Shown here: piece by piece, positions 1 through 12,915 of the stretch | How positions within the stretch are numbered: position 1 is the stretch's first letter | Layout: each line of letters opens with the position of its first letter | DNA from: Centroscyllium fabricii | Taxonomy: Eukaryota | Length of the DNA: 64,000 bases | Assembly: GCA_051313645.2 (NCBI GenBank) | Contig: JBNRSN020000008.1 | Span: forward strand, 42,036,001-42,100,000 | Direction of reading: 5' to 3' | The notes under the pieces: model-generated | Database searches by the model: none | The model's input: the letters and a program-made list of their open reading frames with translations, nothing else | What the model was told of the DNA's origin: nothing | Position numbers and translations under genes: made by a program

Positions 1-1254
1 AAGTTGCTGTCACCGTTACCAATGGTGCCCTTTACATCAATCTCTAAAACAGCCGATAAGATGGGGTCGGTGCGCGTAGCACCTCGTACTTGAGAAGCTG
101 AGACAGGAGCGTTGTCCACCTGGCTAAAATAAAAGACTTCTGCCATATGGAATTCTGGTTTAATGACAGGAAGTGGCAACCTAGATAAACCATCGGCGTT
201 GCAGTGTGAGTCTGCCTTACGATATTTTATATCATAAGAATGAGCAGACAACAATAAAGCCCAACGTTGCAGACGACTTGCAGCAAGAGACGGTATCCCA
301 GTGTGTGGACCCAGGATGGTTGTGAGAGGCCGGTGGCCTGTAAGAAGTGTGAACCTCCGCCCATATAAATACTGGTGAAATTTACGAACACCAAAGACGA
401 TACTCAAAGTTTCTCGCTCCAGTTGAGCATAGTAGGCCTCTGCTTTATTCAGTGTCCTTGACGCAAAAGCGATGGGTCTTTCATCCCCATTTGACATGAC
501 ATGCGAAAGAACTGCACCTACCCCGTATGGAGATGCATCACAGGCCAGCTGAAGAGGAAGGGAAGGGTCAAAATGAGTTAAGACATCTGAGCGAACTAGC
601 AGCTCTTTAGCCTTCTTAAAAGATTCTTGACAGGCAGTACTCCATTTCCATGTTCTGTCTTGACACAGCAATTCATGGAGTGGCTTCAACAACGATGCTA
701 GATTTGGAATAAAATGACCATAATAATTAAGCAGACCCAAAAAGGAATGCAATTGACTGACATTCTGCAGTGGTGGTGCATCCACAATGGCTGTGGTTTT
801 AGATGGGGCCGTATGCAACCCCTCGGCATCAATGACGTGCCCCAAGTACTCCACCGATGCTTTGAAAAATTCACACTTGTCTTTATGAACTCTGAGTCCA
901 TACTGTTTAAGACATTTGAGCATAGCATTCAAATTACGAAGGTGCTCCTCATCAGTGACTCCAGTACAAAGAATATCATCCAGGTAACACTGGACCCCAG
1001 ACAGTCCACTAAGAATTTGATCCATAGCATGTTGGAACAACGCAGGAGCTGAGGTTATACCGAAAGGCAACCGACGATAACGAAAAAGACCTTTGTGCGT
1101 GGTAATGGTGAGCAATTAACGCGAGTCTTCGTGGACGTGCATCTGTAAATAAGCTTGGCAGAGGTCTATCTTAGTGAACTTTTGTCCCCCACTGAGTCCA
1201 GCAAACAAATCATCAATGTGGGGAAGCGGGTACTGTTCCACACATAACACTGGT

Positions 1255-2079
1255 TTAAGTGTTACCTTGAAATCCCCACAGGTTCGGATGCCTCCATCTT
1301 TTTTTTTGCACTGGAACTATTGGCGTAGCCCAATCACTAATAGTGACCGGCTCCAACACTCCATTTTCAACAGGAGTATCTAAATCAGCTTCCACTTTTG
1401 GTCTGATAGCGTATGGTACCGACCTGGCCTTCATGAACACCGGCCTGCTATCTGGCTTAACATGTAGCTTGACTGTTATGCCCTTCATGCTTCCCAGCTC
1501 ATCTCGGAAAATCTCACTGTGTTTCTCCAAGATGGCCTGCAGCTCTGTGGAGTGCTTTGATACCATGTGTATTGCCTGGCAGTCCAGGTTTATCTTTTTT
1601 AGCCACGTGCGCCCCGTAATGGCAGGGTATTTCCCTTGCGTAATGTATAGTGGAAGTTTTGCGGTTCTGCCGCCATACTGGACTATGGTATCAGTCATCC
1701 CCTTCATGGGTACCGATTGCCCCGTAAATGTTTTGAATGCCGTATCAGAGGGTCGCAGCTTTAGGTGCCTCAAGAATTTTGTAGAGACATTGGCTGAAAT
1801 AATTGAGGCCCATGACCCGGTATTAATCTGCATTCTAACTGCGTGTCCCTCTAGCTTGGGTGAGACCCAGTAACCATCCGAACCCTCATCTATGTTCCGT
1901 ATTCTAAGGGTGTTTACAAGCATTTCCTCCCCTGAGGAGTCACTTGATTTGTTCTCTTGTTCCATTGCATGAACGTATTTCTTCCTCCTAGCCCCGTACT
2001 TCGATGGGGTACCCGTGCTTTTCTTACTGCGACATGCCCGCACTATGTGGCCCTTTTTCTCGCAGCTGCGGCATTCCAA
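1255..2079 (-). pseudogene. pol: Gypsy zinc knuckle, aspartic protease and RT start
   Basis: CRSCEKKGHIVRAC; MQINTGS (catalytic Asp replaced by Asn); WATPIVPV followed by a frameshift in a poly-A run. Confidence 0.85.
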
Positions 2080-2109
2080 ATCCCTGCACTAGCATGAAGA
2101 CGCCAGGTG

Positions 2110-2727
2110 TCACTTTTGCCCACAACGAAAGCACTGACCTTGACTGCTCGGCCCTTGGCCGCTTGGCTTATCACCGCCAACCTTATACACACGACTTGTC
2201 GTCGCCCGCAGCTGCTGAGCTTCCTTCAAAGCCATTTCCATGCTCACGCCAATATTTAAGGCTTGCTCCCATGTTAAATCCTTCTCTGTTAATAATTTCT
2301 TCCGAGCGGCCTCGTTGCTTAACCCGCATACGAGCCGGTCTCTCAGTGTATCATTCAGTGATTGACCAAAATTGCAATGCTCCGCGAGCTTCCGCAACGC
2401 TTCTGCAAACCTCGTAACAGCTTGGCCTTCTTCTTGGCTGCGTCTGTGAAAACGAAACCGTTCTGCAATGACTAAGGGTTTGGGTGCGAAATGGTTGGCC
2501 AGTGTATCCACAATTGTTTGATACGTTTGGGTGCCCGGTTTGTTTGGTTGCAGCAAATCACGCAGTAGATTGTATGTCCTCGGGCCCATTACGCTTAAGA
2601 ATGTGGAGGATATTCTCTCTTCCGCGATACCATTGGCTTTGATGAAACACTCGAATCGCTCGGTATAACTAGACCATTGCTCTGTCCCTTCATCGTAGGG
2701 CCCAATATTTCCGTAGACTGTAGCCAT
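2110..2727 (-). pseudogene. gag: Gypsy Gag, N-terminal part
   Basis: WSSYTERF..FLSVMG..LRDRLVCGL capsid-like motifs; ends in CFRCG at a frame break. Confidence 0.85.
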
Positions 2728-2861
2728 TGCTCAACCCTTATTTAATTCTTTCCCCTAACAAACGTGATTGAGGAATGCACAGCCTTATTTGATGCGTGCT
2801 GAACACAAGATGGCGTCTCTGCATCCTTTGTCATCTTCCTCGCGCTACTGGCTTCGCGTCC

Positions 2862-3010
2862 TTTTCACGCCCTTTTTAACGGCTTTGCGCCCTTTTTAAC
2901 GGCTTCATGCTCTTTTCGCGCCCCTTTTTTAAAAAAATGGCTTTGCGTTCTTTTCGCGACCTTTTTAACGGCTTCACGCTCTTTTCACGCCCTTCTTTTT
3001 TTAACGGCCT
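2862..3010. repeat. Degenerate short tandem repeats in the Gypsy 5' leader
   Basis: Recurring CTTTTC(A/G)CGCCC and TTTTTAACGGCTT units. Confidence 0.7.
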
Positions 3011-3389
3011 CTCTTACCCCCTCTCTAGGTAACTGGTGGTCGACTCTGTCATCTCCGTTCCTGGGCACCGCCACGCCCGCTGTTTTGGAGTGCTCCCAGC
3101 TCCTCCAACTTCCAGCGGTGGCAGGCCTCCTTTTTCTGCTCGCTGTCTTCCAGCCCCCCGTTCACCCTCCTGGGTGCGCCTGTCGAACACGGCTCCTCCC
3201 GCCGGTCCCGGTCCCGCCTTCGATCTGCAGCCAGCCCTCGCCAATTCCGCAACACTGGCCGTCTGACGTCCGCTCCCACTCTTGAGTGCGTCCTGCTCCC
3301 GAGTGCGTCTTCCAGTCGAAGTCACCGAGTTTTTTTTTTTTAGTTTTTTTTAACTCGTTAATGAGTCTTGTTTGACTCATTAATAGTGG

Positions 3390-3410
3390 ATCCCATCCAC
3401 CTCGTAGCCA
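3390..3410 (-). promoter_or_regulatory. Primer binding site, tRNA-Ser(GCT)-like
   Basis: Minus strand TGGCTACGAGGTGGATGGGAT, 3 nt after the LTR end; resembles the complement of the tRNA-Ser 3' end (TGGCGACGAGGATGGGAT). Confidence 0.75.
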
Positions 3411-3413
3411 ATT

Positions 3414-3594
3414 TGTTACATCTTGGGGCTCAATACAAAGACCACTCAGAGCCTCACATGACGTCGACTGTTTATTGCAGCAGCAGCAGGTACAAAAGAC
3501 AATAAGATGCTGGGGTTACCCAGCATGCCTTGGTATGGAACATTCCAACTGCCACAGCCCTTAAGTGGAGTGCAGACTACACCAATACATCACA
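3414..3594 (-). repeat. 5' LTR of the Gypsy element
   Basis: Minus strand TGTGATGT...ATGTAACA with AATAAA. CR1 ORF2 resumes immediately at 3595. Confidence 0.8.
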
Positions 3595-4810
3595 CAGTTG
3601 ATGTGGTGTATTTGAACTTTCAGAAGGCTTTCGACAAGGTCCCACACCAGAGATTGGTGTGCAAAGTTAAAGCACATGGGATTGGGGGTAATGTGTTGAC
3701 GTGGATTGAGAACTGGTTGGCACACAGGAAGCAAAGAGTAGGAGTAAATGGATACTTTTCAGAATGGCAGGCAGTGACCAGCAGGGTACCGCAAGGTTCG
3801 GTGCTGGGGCCCCAGCTGTTTACATTATATATTAATGATTTGGACGAAGGGATTAAATGTTGTATCTCCACATTTGCGGATAACACTAAATTGGGAGGCA
3901 GTGTGAGCTGCGAGGAGGATGCTAAGAGGCTACAGAGTGACTTGGACAGGTTAGGTGAATAGGCAAATGTATGGCAGATGAAGTATAATGTGGATAAATG
4001 TGAGGTTATCCACTTTGGTGGTAAAAATAGAAAGACAGACTATTATCTGAATGGTGACAGATTAGGGAAAGGGCAGGTTCAATGAGACCTGGGCATCATG
4101 GTACATCAGTCACTGAAGGTGGAAATGCAGGTACAGTAGGCAGTTAAGAAATCAAATGGCATGTTGGCCTTCATCGCGAGGGGATTTGAGTATAGGAGTA
4201 GGGAGGTGTTGTTACAGTTGTACAGGGCCTTGGTGAGGCTACACTTGGAGTATTGTGTGCAGTTTTGGTCTCCTAACTTGAGGAAGAACATTCTTGCTAT
4301 TGAGGGAGTGCAGCGAAGGTTTACTAGATTGATTCCCGGGATGGCCGGACTGACATATCAAGAAAGACTGGATCAACTGAACTTGTACTCTCTGGAGTTC
4401 AGAAGAATGAGGGGGATCTCATAGAAACGTTTAAAATCCTGACGGGTTTAGACAGGTTAGATGCGGGCGGAATGTTCCCAATGTTGGGGAAGTCCAGAAC
4501 CAGGGGACACACACTAAGGATAAGGGGTAAGCCATTTAGGACCGAGATGAGGAGAAACTTCTTCACCCAGAGTGGTGAAGCTGTGGAATTCTCTACCACA
4601 GAAGGTTGTTGAGGCCAGTTCGCTAAATATATTCAAAAGGGAGTTAGATGTAATACTTACAACTAGGGGGATCAAGGGATATGGCGAGAAAGCAGGAACG
4701 GGGTACTGATGTAGCATGTTCAGCCATGAACGTGTTGAATGGCGGTGCAGGCTCGAAGGGCCGAATGGTCTACTCCTGCACCTATTTTCGAAGTTTCTAT
4801 ATTTCTAAGA
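3595..4810 (+). mobile_element. CR1 (HER1-like) LINE, 3' portion, with stops and frameshifts
   Basis: [44 protein letters not shown]; 3' UTR stem and TTTCTAT tail. Confidence 0.95.
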
Positions 4811-4952
4811 TCACATCTTATTTCAGCTGACAATTTCATCCTGTTCAAAAGCTGTGATTTTAATTGGCATTTCCCAGTGCTGAATATGTATCCTAATATT
4901 TTTCACCATGAGTTTCCTTAGCTTTTAATGGTGGAACTCACATAGCAAGTAT

Positions 4953-5332
4953 AAACATAGAAACATAGAAGATAGGAGCAGGAGTAGGCCATTCGGCCCT
5001 TCGAGCCTGCTCCCCCATTCAATGAGATCATGGCCAATCTTCCAAACCCAGCACCCATATCCCTCTCCTTGTCCCCATATCCCTCTCGAGCCTGCACCAA
5101 CACATATCCCACCCTATCCCCGTAACCCCACATATTCAATCCCCCTAACACTAAGGGTCAATTTATCATGGCCAATCAACCTAACCCGCACATCTTTGGA
5201 CTGTGGGAGGAAACCCACGCAGACGCGGGGAGAATGTGCAAACTCCACACAGATAGTACCCGAGGCTGGATTTGAACCCGGGTCTCCAGAGCTGTGAGGC
5301 AACAGTGCTAACCACTGTGCCACCGTTTCGCC
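4953..5332 (-). mobile_element. HE1-type V-SINE
   Basis: tRNA-like head (GGTGGCACAGTGG, GGTTCAAATCC), V-domain TCTCCCCGCGTCTGCGTGGGTTTCC, CR1-derived tail with (CTATGTTT)n. Confidence 0.9.
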
Positions 5333-5662
5333 TATAAGTTCCAATTGCAAACCAGAGGCAGAGGTGATAATCTGAAATAAACTGGATTAAAGATAAAAAC
5401 AAGTCATGAGTGCTGGAAATTTGAAATAAAACGGAAATGGCTGGCACCGTACAACATGTCAGTCATCTGTATTCAAATGAAAAAGATGAGTTAGTGGGCC
5501 TGAATTTACTGTAAAAATAATGCAGAGGCTAACAGCACTCACCGTTATTTATATGCAAATCTGAATGCCACTTCAGGCGAGCACAGGTGCGCAGTTAAAC
5601 GCGAAAATCCAGAAGTTGCTGTCTGAGAGGCGCCGCTCCTCCGTAAGCTGCGCGAAAACAAC

Positions 5663-6391
5663 AGGCCGTATGTTCCGATCCCTGCTGGTGGATACAGGCT
5701 GTGTACACACCCGTAGGGACATCGGAAATCTGGTTTCAGGCAGGCACAGCGCATGCGCTGAAAACTGGCACTTCTGATCCATCAAGTAGGCCCTTGACAG
5801 ATTGAACGCCTGCCCTGGAGAAGGGCCTCTGCGGGCGGAGAGTTCCGCTTTCTGGAGAACCTCCGCCCGCAGAAAACCCTTAGAAATCTTACGCCTGGTA
5901 AAAGCAGACGTAATGCCTGCTTTTACCAGCATAAGAGGTGAAAAAAGTTTTTTAAAATGTTTTCAGTCATTTATCATTTAAAAATCCTTTAGAAAAAGGT
6001 AAGTTTACTTTTAGCCCCGTAATTTTTTTTATTATTTTGTTCAAATTTTTTTTAAAAAATTCAAATATTTAATTTATTGTAATTTCAACTCATTTTAAAA
6101 TGTGATTTAAAAAAATATATTTAATGTTTTACAGTGTTTTTTGGGGTGATCTCCATTCATATATTTGACAGGTCTATTTGTCAAGTGTATGAAGGGAAAT
6201 CCCCTTCTCCTATTGGCTCCCCATGGTCCATGTGATCCCAGGGACGCTTGAGAACTGCATGCGCCCCTGGGATATGTGGGCCCTGCACATTTCAAGTTGG
6301 AGAGGTCCATGAGCCCTCAGGTAAGTCTATAGATTTTTTCCAGATCGGAGGCCTCCGCACGTAGGAAGCCTCAGATCGGAAAATACGGCCC
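5663..6391. mobile_element. Nested MITE, 3-bp TSD
   Basis: TIRs AGGCCGTATGTTCCGATC / GATCGGAAAATACGGCCC; flanks AAC/AAT; AT-rich core. Confidence 0.8.
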
Positions 6392-6675
6392 AATATCTCG
6401 CCGTCTGGCTCCCCATTCAAATACATTGAACGGCGTGAAGTTCTTGTACTCACGTCGTAGATACTGACTAAACTCGCCACAGGAAGTTAGGACCTGTCCA
6501 TTTTAGTCCCTTTTTAATGCCGTGACAAGTCTTAATTACTGCCAAACAACCTCTCTGGCACTGAAAATAATTCTTATAAATATGGAGTCTCATTCCTTCA
6601 GATTTTAGTTATTGTTGGAGCCTTAAATTTCAATAAAGTTTACTTTTTCTTCCTGTCTCTTTTTTCTTTCTGTCT

Positions 6676-8138
6676 CATAAGAACATAAAAAATAGGAGCA
6701 GGAATAGGCCACTTGGCCCCTCGAGCCTGCTCCGCCATTCAATAAGATCATGGCTGATCTCGGGCTCAAAACCACTTCCCAGCCCGCTCCCCGTAACCCT
6801 TCACTCCCTTATCTTGCAAACATCTGTCAATCTCTACTTTAAATGTATTTAATGACCCAGCCTCCACAGCTCTCTGGGGCAGAGAATTCCACAGATTTAT
6901 GACCCTCTCCAAGAAGAAATTCCTCCTCATCTTCGTTCTAAAAGGGCGACCCTTTATTCTGAGTCTGTGCCCTAGAGTTCTAGATTTCCCCATGAGGGGA
7001 AACATCCTCTCTGTATCTACCCTGTCAAGCCCGCTCATTATCTTATATGTTTCGATAAGATCACCTCTTATTCTTCTAAATTCCAATGAGTATAGGCCCA
7101 GCCTGCTCAACCTTTCCTCATATGTCAACCCCCTCATCTCTGGAATTAACTTAATGAATCGTCTCTGAACTGCCTCCAATGCAAGTATATCCTTCTTTAA
7201 ATAAGGAGACCAAATCTGTACGCAGTACTCAAGGAGTGGTTTCACCAATACCCTGTACAGTTGTAGCAGGACTTCCCTGCTTTTATACTCCGACACCATT
7301 GAAATAAAAGCCAACATTCCATTTGCCTTTTTGATTACTTGCTGTACCTGCATGCTAACTTTTTGTGTTTCACGCACAAGGACCCCCAGGTCCCTCTGCA
7401 CTGTAGCATTCTGTAATTTCTCTCCATTTAAATAATAGTTTGCTTTTTTATTTTTCCTACCAAAGTGGATAACCTCGCACTTTCCCACATTATACTCCAT
7501 CTGCCAAATGTTTGACCACTCACCTAACCTGTCTATATCCCTTTGCAGATTCTTTGAGTCCTCTACACAATTTGCTTTCCCACCTATCTTTGTATCATCT
7601 GCAAACTTGGCTACATTACACTCGATCCCTTCATCCAAGTGATTAATGTAGATTGTAAATAGTTGGGGCTCCAGCACCGATCCCTGTGGCACCCCACTAG
7701 TTACCATTTACCAACCAGAAAATGACCCATTTATCCCGACTCTGCTTTCTGTTAGTTAGCCAATTCCCTATCGATGCTAATATATTACCCCCAACTCCGT
7801 GAGCTCTTATCTTGTGCAGTAACCTTTTATGTGGCACCTTATCAAATGCCTTCTAGAAATCCAAATACACCACATCCACTGGATCACACTTGTCCACCCT
7901 GCTCGTTACATCCTCAAAGAACTCCAGCAAATTTGTTAAACATGATTTCCCTTTCCTCAAACCATGCTGACTCTGTTTGACTGCAGAATGTTTTTCTACA
8001 TGCCCTGATATTGCTTCCTTAATGAAGGACTCCAGCATTTTCCCAACGACAGATGTTGGGCTAACTGGTCTATAGTTTCCTGCTTTCGGTCTCCCTCCTT
8101 TCTTAAATAGGGGTGTTACATTAGCAGTTTTCCAATCT
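6676..8138 (-). mobile_element. CR1 LINE, 5'-truncated
   Basis: ORFs 6766-7707 (GVPQGSVL, KFADDTK) and 7853-8038; (CTTATGTT) tail. Confidence 0.95.
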
Positions 8139-8517
8139 CTTTTCTCTCTCTGTTTTAATCGAATCTTTCTTTCCCTCTCTTTATGTCTCTTTCTGTACCT
8201 GATTTCACGTTGAATTGCCGATTTTAACTTATGTTTCCTGGTTCAGACTCCATGCTGCTCATTTACAATACTTCAATCTGGCTGGTTAAGGAGACAAACA
8301 GTTGCTTGCCCTATTCACACAGGTCCCAAATCTCCACCTTACAGTGCAAATGGCTATAGAAATTAACTGGGCAAAGAGAAATCTAACAAACAAGCGGCAA
8401 ACGTTCGCTGGCTACATTAAATTTTGGCCCATTGATTTAGAATTCGAAATTCAGAATTCTAAAGGGTTACACCCAAAGTATTAACCTACCTTTCTCTCTC
8501 AGTTACTAATTGATTAC

Positions 8518-9290
8518 TCTGCATTCCACCACCGGCGTACCATGGCTGCAGTGTGTACCATCTACAAGATGCACTGCAGCAACTCGCCAAGGCTTCTTTG
8601 GGAGCACCTCCCAAACCCACAACCTCTTCCACCTAGAAGGACAAGGGCAGCAGGCGCATGGGGATACCACCAGCTCGAAGTTCCCCTGCAAGTCACACAC
8701 CATCCTGACTTGGAAGTATATTGGGCGGCACGGTGGCACAGTGGTTAGCACTGTTGTCTCACAGCACTGGAGACCCGGGTTCGAATCCAGCCTCGGGTAC
8801 TATCTGTGTGGAGTTTGCACATTCTCCCCGTGTCTGCGTGGGTTTCCTCTGGGTGCTCCGGTTTCCTCCCACAGTCCAAAGATGTGTGGGTTAGGTTGAT
8901 TGGCCATGATAAATTGACCCTTAGTGTTAGGGGGATTAAATATGTGGGGTTACGGGGATAGGGTTGATGCAGGTTCGATAGGGATCGAGGGATATGGGGT
9001 GAGGGCAGGGGCGGGATATTGGGTTTGGATGATCAGCCATGATCTCATCGAATGGCAGAGCAGGCTCGAAGGGCTGAATGGCCTACTCCTGCTCCTAGTT
9101 TCTATGTTTCTATGATCCTTAATCGTCGCTGGATCAATATCCTGGAATTCCCTACCTGACAGCACTGTGGGAATACCTTCACCACACGGACTGCAGCGGT
9201 TCAAGAAGGTGGCTCACCATCATCTTCTCAAGGGCAATTAGGGATGGGCAATAAATGCTGGCCTTGCCAGTGACGCCCACATCCCATAAA
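8518..9290 (+). mobile_element. Old CR1/L2-group LINE 3' end, interrupted by a SINE
   Basis: Encodes AAVCTIYKMHCSNSPRLL; 3' end GGCAATAAATGCTGGCCTTGCCAG. Related pieces at about 10490-10870 (+) and 30390-30470 (-). Confidence 0.7.
8723..9114 (+). mobile_element. HE1-type V-SINE, full length
   Basis: GGGCGGCACGGTGGCACAGTGG head, B box GGTTCGAATCC, CR1 tail. Confidence 0.92.
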
Positions 9291-9492
9291 CTGATGATTT
9301 TTTTCCAGTGTTTCCTTTTTTTGTCTCAATATCTGTTCGGAGATTCAGTTTGATTATAGACAGCAGAACACAGCACCAGGTTTAATGCTAGTGTTGTGGG
9401 TTTTGTTGATAACCTAATTAGTATATTTAAATCTAATAAAAGAGATGCAGGCAACAAATTGACTGATGCAATATGCAGTCACTGACCAGGTT

Positions 9493-9886
9493 CATAGAAA
9501 CATAGAAACATAGAAACTAGGAGCAGGAGTAGGCCATTCGGCCCTTCGAGCCTGCTCCGCCATTCAATGAGATCATGGCTGATCATCCAAACCCAGTATC
9601 CCGCCCCTGCCCTCTCCCCACATCCCTCGATCCCTATCGAGCCTGCATCGACACATATCCCACCCTATCCCCGTAACCCCACATATTTAATCCCCCTAAC
9701 ACTAAGGGTCAATTTATCCTGGCCAATCAACCTAACCCGCACATCTTTGGACAGTGGGAGGAATCCGGAGCACCCGGAGGAAACCCACGCAGACACGGGG
9801 AGAATGTGCAAACTCCACACAGATAGTACCCGAGACTGGATTTGAACCCGGGTCTCCAGTGCTGTGAGACAACAGTGCTAACCGCT
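9493..9886 (-). mobile_element. HE1-type V-SINE
   Basis: Near-identical inverted copy of 8723-9114, lacking the first bases of the head. Confidence 0.92.
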
Positions 9887-10883
9887 AATGTCAGACACCA
9901 TCAGAGCACACAAATGTTAATCTAAGGCTTTTTAGTTGTATTTTAAAGAAGAATATTTATTTGAAGATTGTTAAACAGAAGAGGATCTCTGAATAGAAAT
10001 AATACTCTTGCAATTACATGGTTGACTTTTAATTACAGAAAGGCAGTTTGATTCAATCAACCGGTCTGTCTTCAATTACAACTTTAATGCACTCCTCCGC
10101 AGCCATTATCACGTCATTATTTTCCATTATTGTTCAATATTATGACTTTTGGATTCCTCTATCATGAAACAGATTTAAATAAAAACATATTTGTTTTAAG
10201 ACCATCAAACTATACAGATATAATCTGACATTATTTCCAATGTAACATCTACAGATTGAGCTAAAAACCCATAGGCATAAAAGATACATTTTCAGCCCTT
10301 TTTTGCCACAAAATCTTCCCTCCCCATGCTCTGTGTATGGCAAATAATACCTCTCAACACGATCAAAGCCAATGAATGCTTTCATCGGGGAAACTGCTGT
10401 TATTAAGCTGTCTGTTGTAATAGTGAAGATTGGGTTATTTACACATCAACTTCTGAGCACCAGTCCCTGCTGTGAGTAAATAACAAGTTTCATTTGGAGC
10501 GTGATGGAATGCTCACCACTTGGCTGGATGGAGGCAAGTGCAGCAACAGTCAAGGCGCTCAATACCATTTAGAATTCCACTTGATGGACACCATTACCAC
10601 AGGACTCAATTTCCAGTCCCTCCACCACCAGCGCACTGTGATTGAAGTATGTGCTATCTATAAGATGCACAGCAACAACTCTCCACGCTTACTTTACAGC
10701 ACCTCCCAGCCATGCAATCTCCACCACTGAAAAGGGCAAGAGCAGCAAGATCATGGGAAGATGGTCATCTCCAGTTTCCCCTCAAGTCACACAACATCCC
10801 AATTTGGACGTATAATGCCATTCCTTCATCGTCGCTGGGTCAAAATCCTCGAATTACCTAACTAACGCCATCAGCTCAATGAC

Positions 10884-11283
10884 AGAAACATAGAAACATA
10901 GAAACTAGGAGCAGGAGTAGGCCATTCGGCCCTTCGAGCCTGCTCCGCCATTCAATGAGATCATGGCTGATCATCCAAACCCAGTACCCCGTCCCTGCCC
11001 GCTCCCTATATCCCTATCGAGCCTGCACCGACACACATCCCACCCTATCCCCGGAACCCCACATATTTAATCCCCCTAACACTAAGGGTCAATTTATCAT
11101 GGCCAATCAACCTAACCCGCACATCTTTGGACTGTGGGAGGAAACCAGAGCACCCGGAGGAAACCCACGCAGACACGGGGAGAATGTGCAAACTCCACAC
11201 AGATAGTACCCGAGGCTGGATTTGAACTCGGGTCTGCAGTGCTGTGAGGCAACAGTGCTAACCACTGTGCCACCGTGCCGCCC
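10884..11283 (-). mobile_element. HE1-type V-SINE, full length
   Basis: Same head, V-domain and tail as the other copies. Confidence 0.92.
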
Positions 11284-11565
11284 ACTGTGCCAACTGAAAC
11301 AGTTCAGGAGACAGCTCACCACTACTATCTCAGGGCAGCTAGGGTCTTGTGTCCAGCACAGTGATGTAGGGAAAGGAGGCAATGCAACCAATGCATTCAA
11401 TTGCTGATCAGGTTTAGTAAGAGTGTAGGGAAAGCTGGGTCTCCAGAGACCTAAACCTAGATGTGGACACTGGGGTCAAAACAAAATCAAAGTTGCATTT
11501 CTGAGAGAGAATGAGGAGAAAGACTAAGGGATTGCAAAGAGTCTCCCTCGGGAACAGTAAGTAAA

Positions 11566-11837
11566 CATAGGAACAGAAGTAGGCCATTCAGCCCCTCAAG
11601 CCTATTCCACCATTCAATTAGATCACAGCTGATCTGTATCTTAACCTCATTATCTGCCTTGGTTCCATAGCTCTGACCACCCTTGCCTAACAAAAATCTA
11701 TCATTCTCAGATTAGATAGCTTCAAATGACCGAGCCTTAACAGTTTTTTGAGGGAGAGAGTTCCAAATTTCTACTACCCTTTGTGTGAAGAAGTGCTTCC
11801 TGCCATCATCCCTGAGCGGCCTAGTTCTAATTTTGAG
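11566..11837 (-). mobile_element. Old CR1 3' fragment
   Basis: AGGCCATTCAGCCCCTCAAGCC tail motif and a KHFFTQRVV-like ORF2 end. Confidence 0.75.
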
Positions 11838-12411
11838 GCTGCAATTTTGCTTAATGGATGCGGCCTGGGAGTGGGTCAGCTTGTTTCTGGGTTCCAGTCC
11901 TGCCCCCGACTGCTTCCGGCCAACGGATGTGATTTTACATCGATTGGCCTCGTTAAGCCTGCCCTGTGGGCTTGCTGGCCAATTAAGAGGAAGACGGTCA
12001 GATGACGTTATTTGATGACGTGTCAGCTGCCGGTTTTCTTAAAGGGACCATGCACAGTTTTATTTTAACAGCTCATTTCTCAGTGCTTGTCAGCATTGAG
12101 GTGCTGCAAACACTGGCAATGACTGTTGACAGGTGAGTTCTTGCACCCAGGCTCTCCAAAGACTCCCTTCATAGGCGGGAACAGATGGCAGCTGCAGGTG
12201 AGGTTACAAAAGTGATCCTCTGAGAGAGGTTCTCCCAATGAGGTCGCACTAGACAGCCAATTCAAAACGTGTTAGCTACAGAAAAGTGTAAATGCATTAA
12301 AAATGATTTTCCCAACATTTTCTTAACTCTGATGCTCACCAGTGCGCCATTGGAGCCTTCACACCACTTCTGCAGCTGTCATCAATGCAGAAACAATGCA
12401 GCAGACTCACA

Positions 12412-12664
12412 ACATAGAAACATAGAAACATAGAAGATAGGAGCAGGAGTAGGCCATTCAGCCCTTCAAGCCTGCCCCGCCATTCAATGAGATCATGGCT
12501 GATCATCCAAACCCATTACCCTGTCCCTGCCTTGTCCCCATATCCCTATCGAGCCTGCACCGACACATATCCTACCCTATCCCCGTAACCCCACATATTC
12601 AATCCCCCTAACACTAAGGGTCAATTTATCATGGCCAATCAACCTGACCCGCACATCTTTGGAC
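12412..12664 (-). mobile_element. HE1-type SINE, 5'-truncated
   Basis: Tail and 3' half only. Confidence 0.88.
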
Positions 12665-12915
12665 AACATGCCACACTTACTTGGCGTGTTATCCGGACAT
12701 CGGGGAACCCGAGGCAGAAACATCAAAATTGAAAAAGAGCATGTTAACAAGTATCAAGTACCTGTTAACAGCCAGATAAGTGGCTATAAGCCTCTTCCCG
12801 CTGCTTGGTGTCAGGTCCATGCACAAATCGGGATCCCAACACTTGAGATGATTGATTGGAGGCAGGTTGACAGCGGTCCTGCCTCCAATCCCACACTCTG
12901 AGGACTGGCAAAATT

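Larger units (their letters stand above)
1..3594 (-). mobile_element. Ty3/Gypsy LTR retrotransposon, 5' part (LTR, gag, protease, RT, RNase H), frameshifted; continues beyond the window start
   Basis: Gag ORF 2110-2727 with CCHC knuckles continuing into 1255-2079. Protease-like INTGS motif. Minus strand reads SAPALFQ..QCYLDDI near 970-1050 and LACDASPYGVGAVLSH near 500-545. TG..CA LTR at 3414-3594. Confidence 0.93.
5496..8430. mobile_element. Harbinger-like MITE hosting a second MITE and a CR1; lies in a diverged Penelope terminal repeat
   Basis: Ends GGGCCTGAATTT / AAATTTTGGCCC; flanks AGT/ATT; preceded by GCTGGAAATTTGAAATAAAA...GAGTTAGT. Confidence 0.6.

Noticed and set aside
1815-1835. 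Asp-to-Asn change in both Gypsy proteases as a shared adaptation
   Set aside because: A single G-to-A transition in two frameshifted, dead copies is more simply explained by decay.
1343-2417. Plus-strand ORFs overlapping gag/pol
   Set aside because: Antisense shadows of retroelement coding sequence; the same applies to ORFs opposite the other pol and ORF2 regions.
8723-8795. tRNA gene
   Set aside because: The A/B boxes belong to a SINE head that continues into a V-domain and CR1 tail; the same holds for the other copies.
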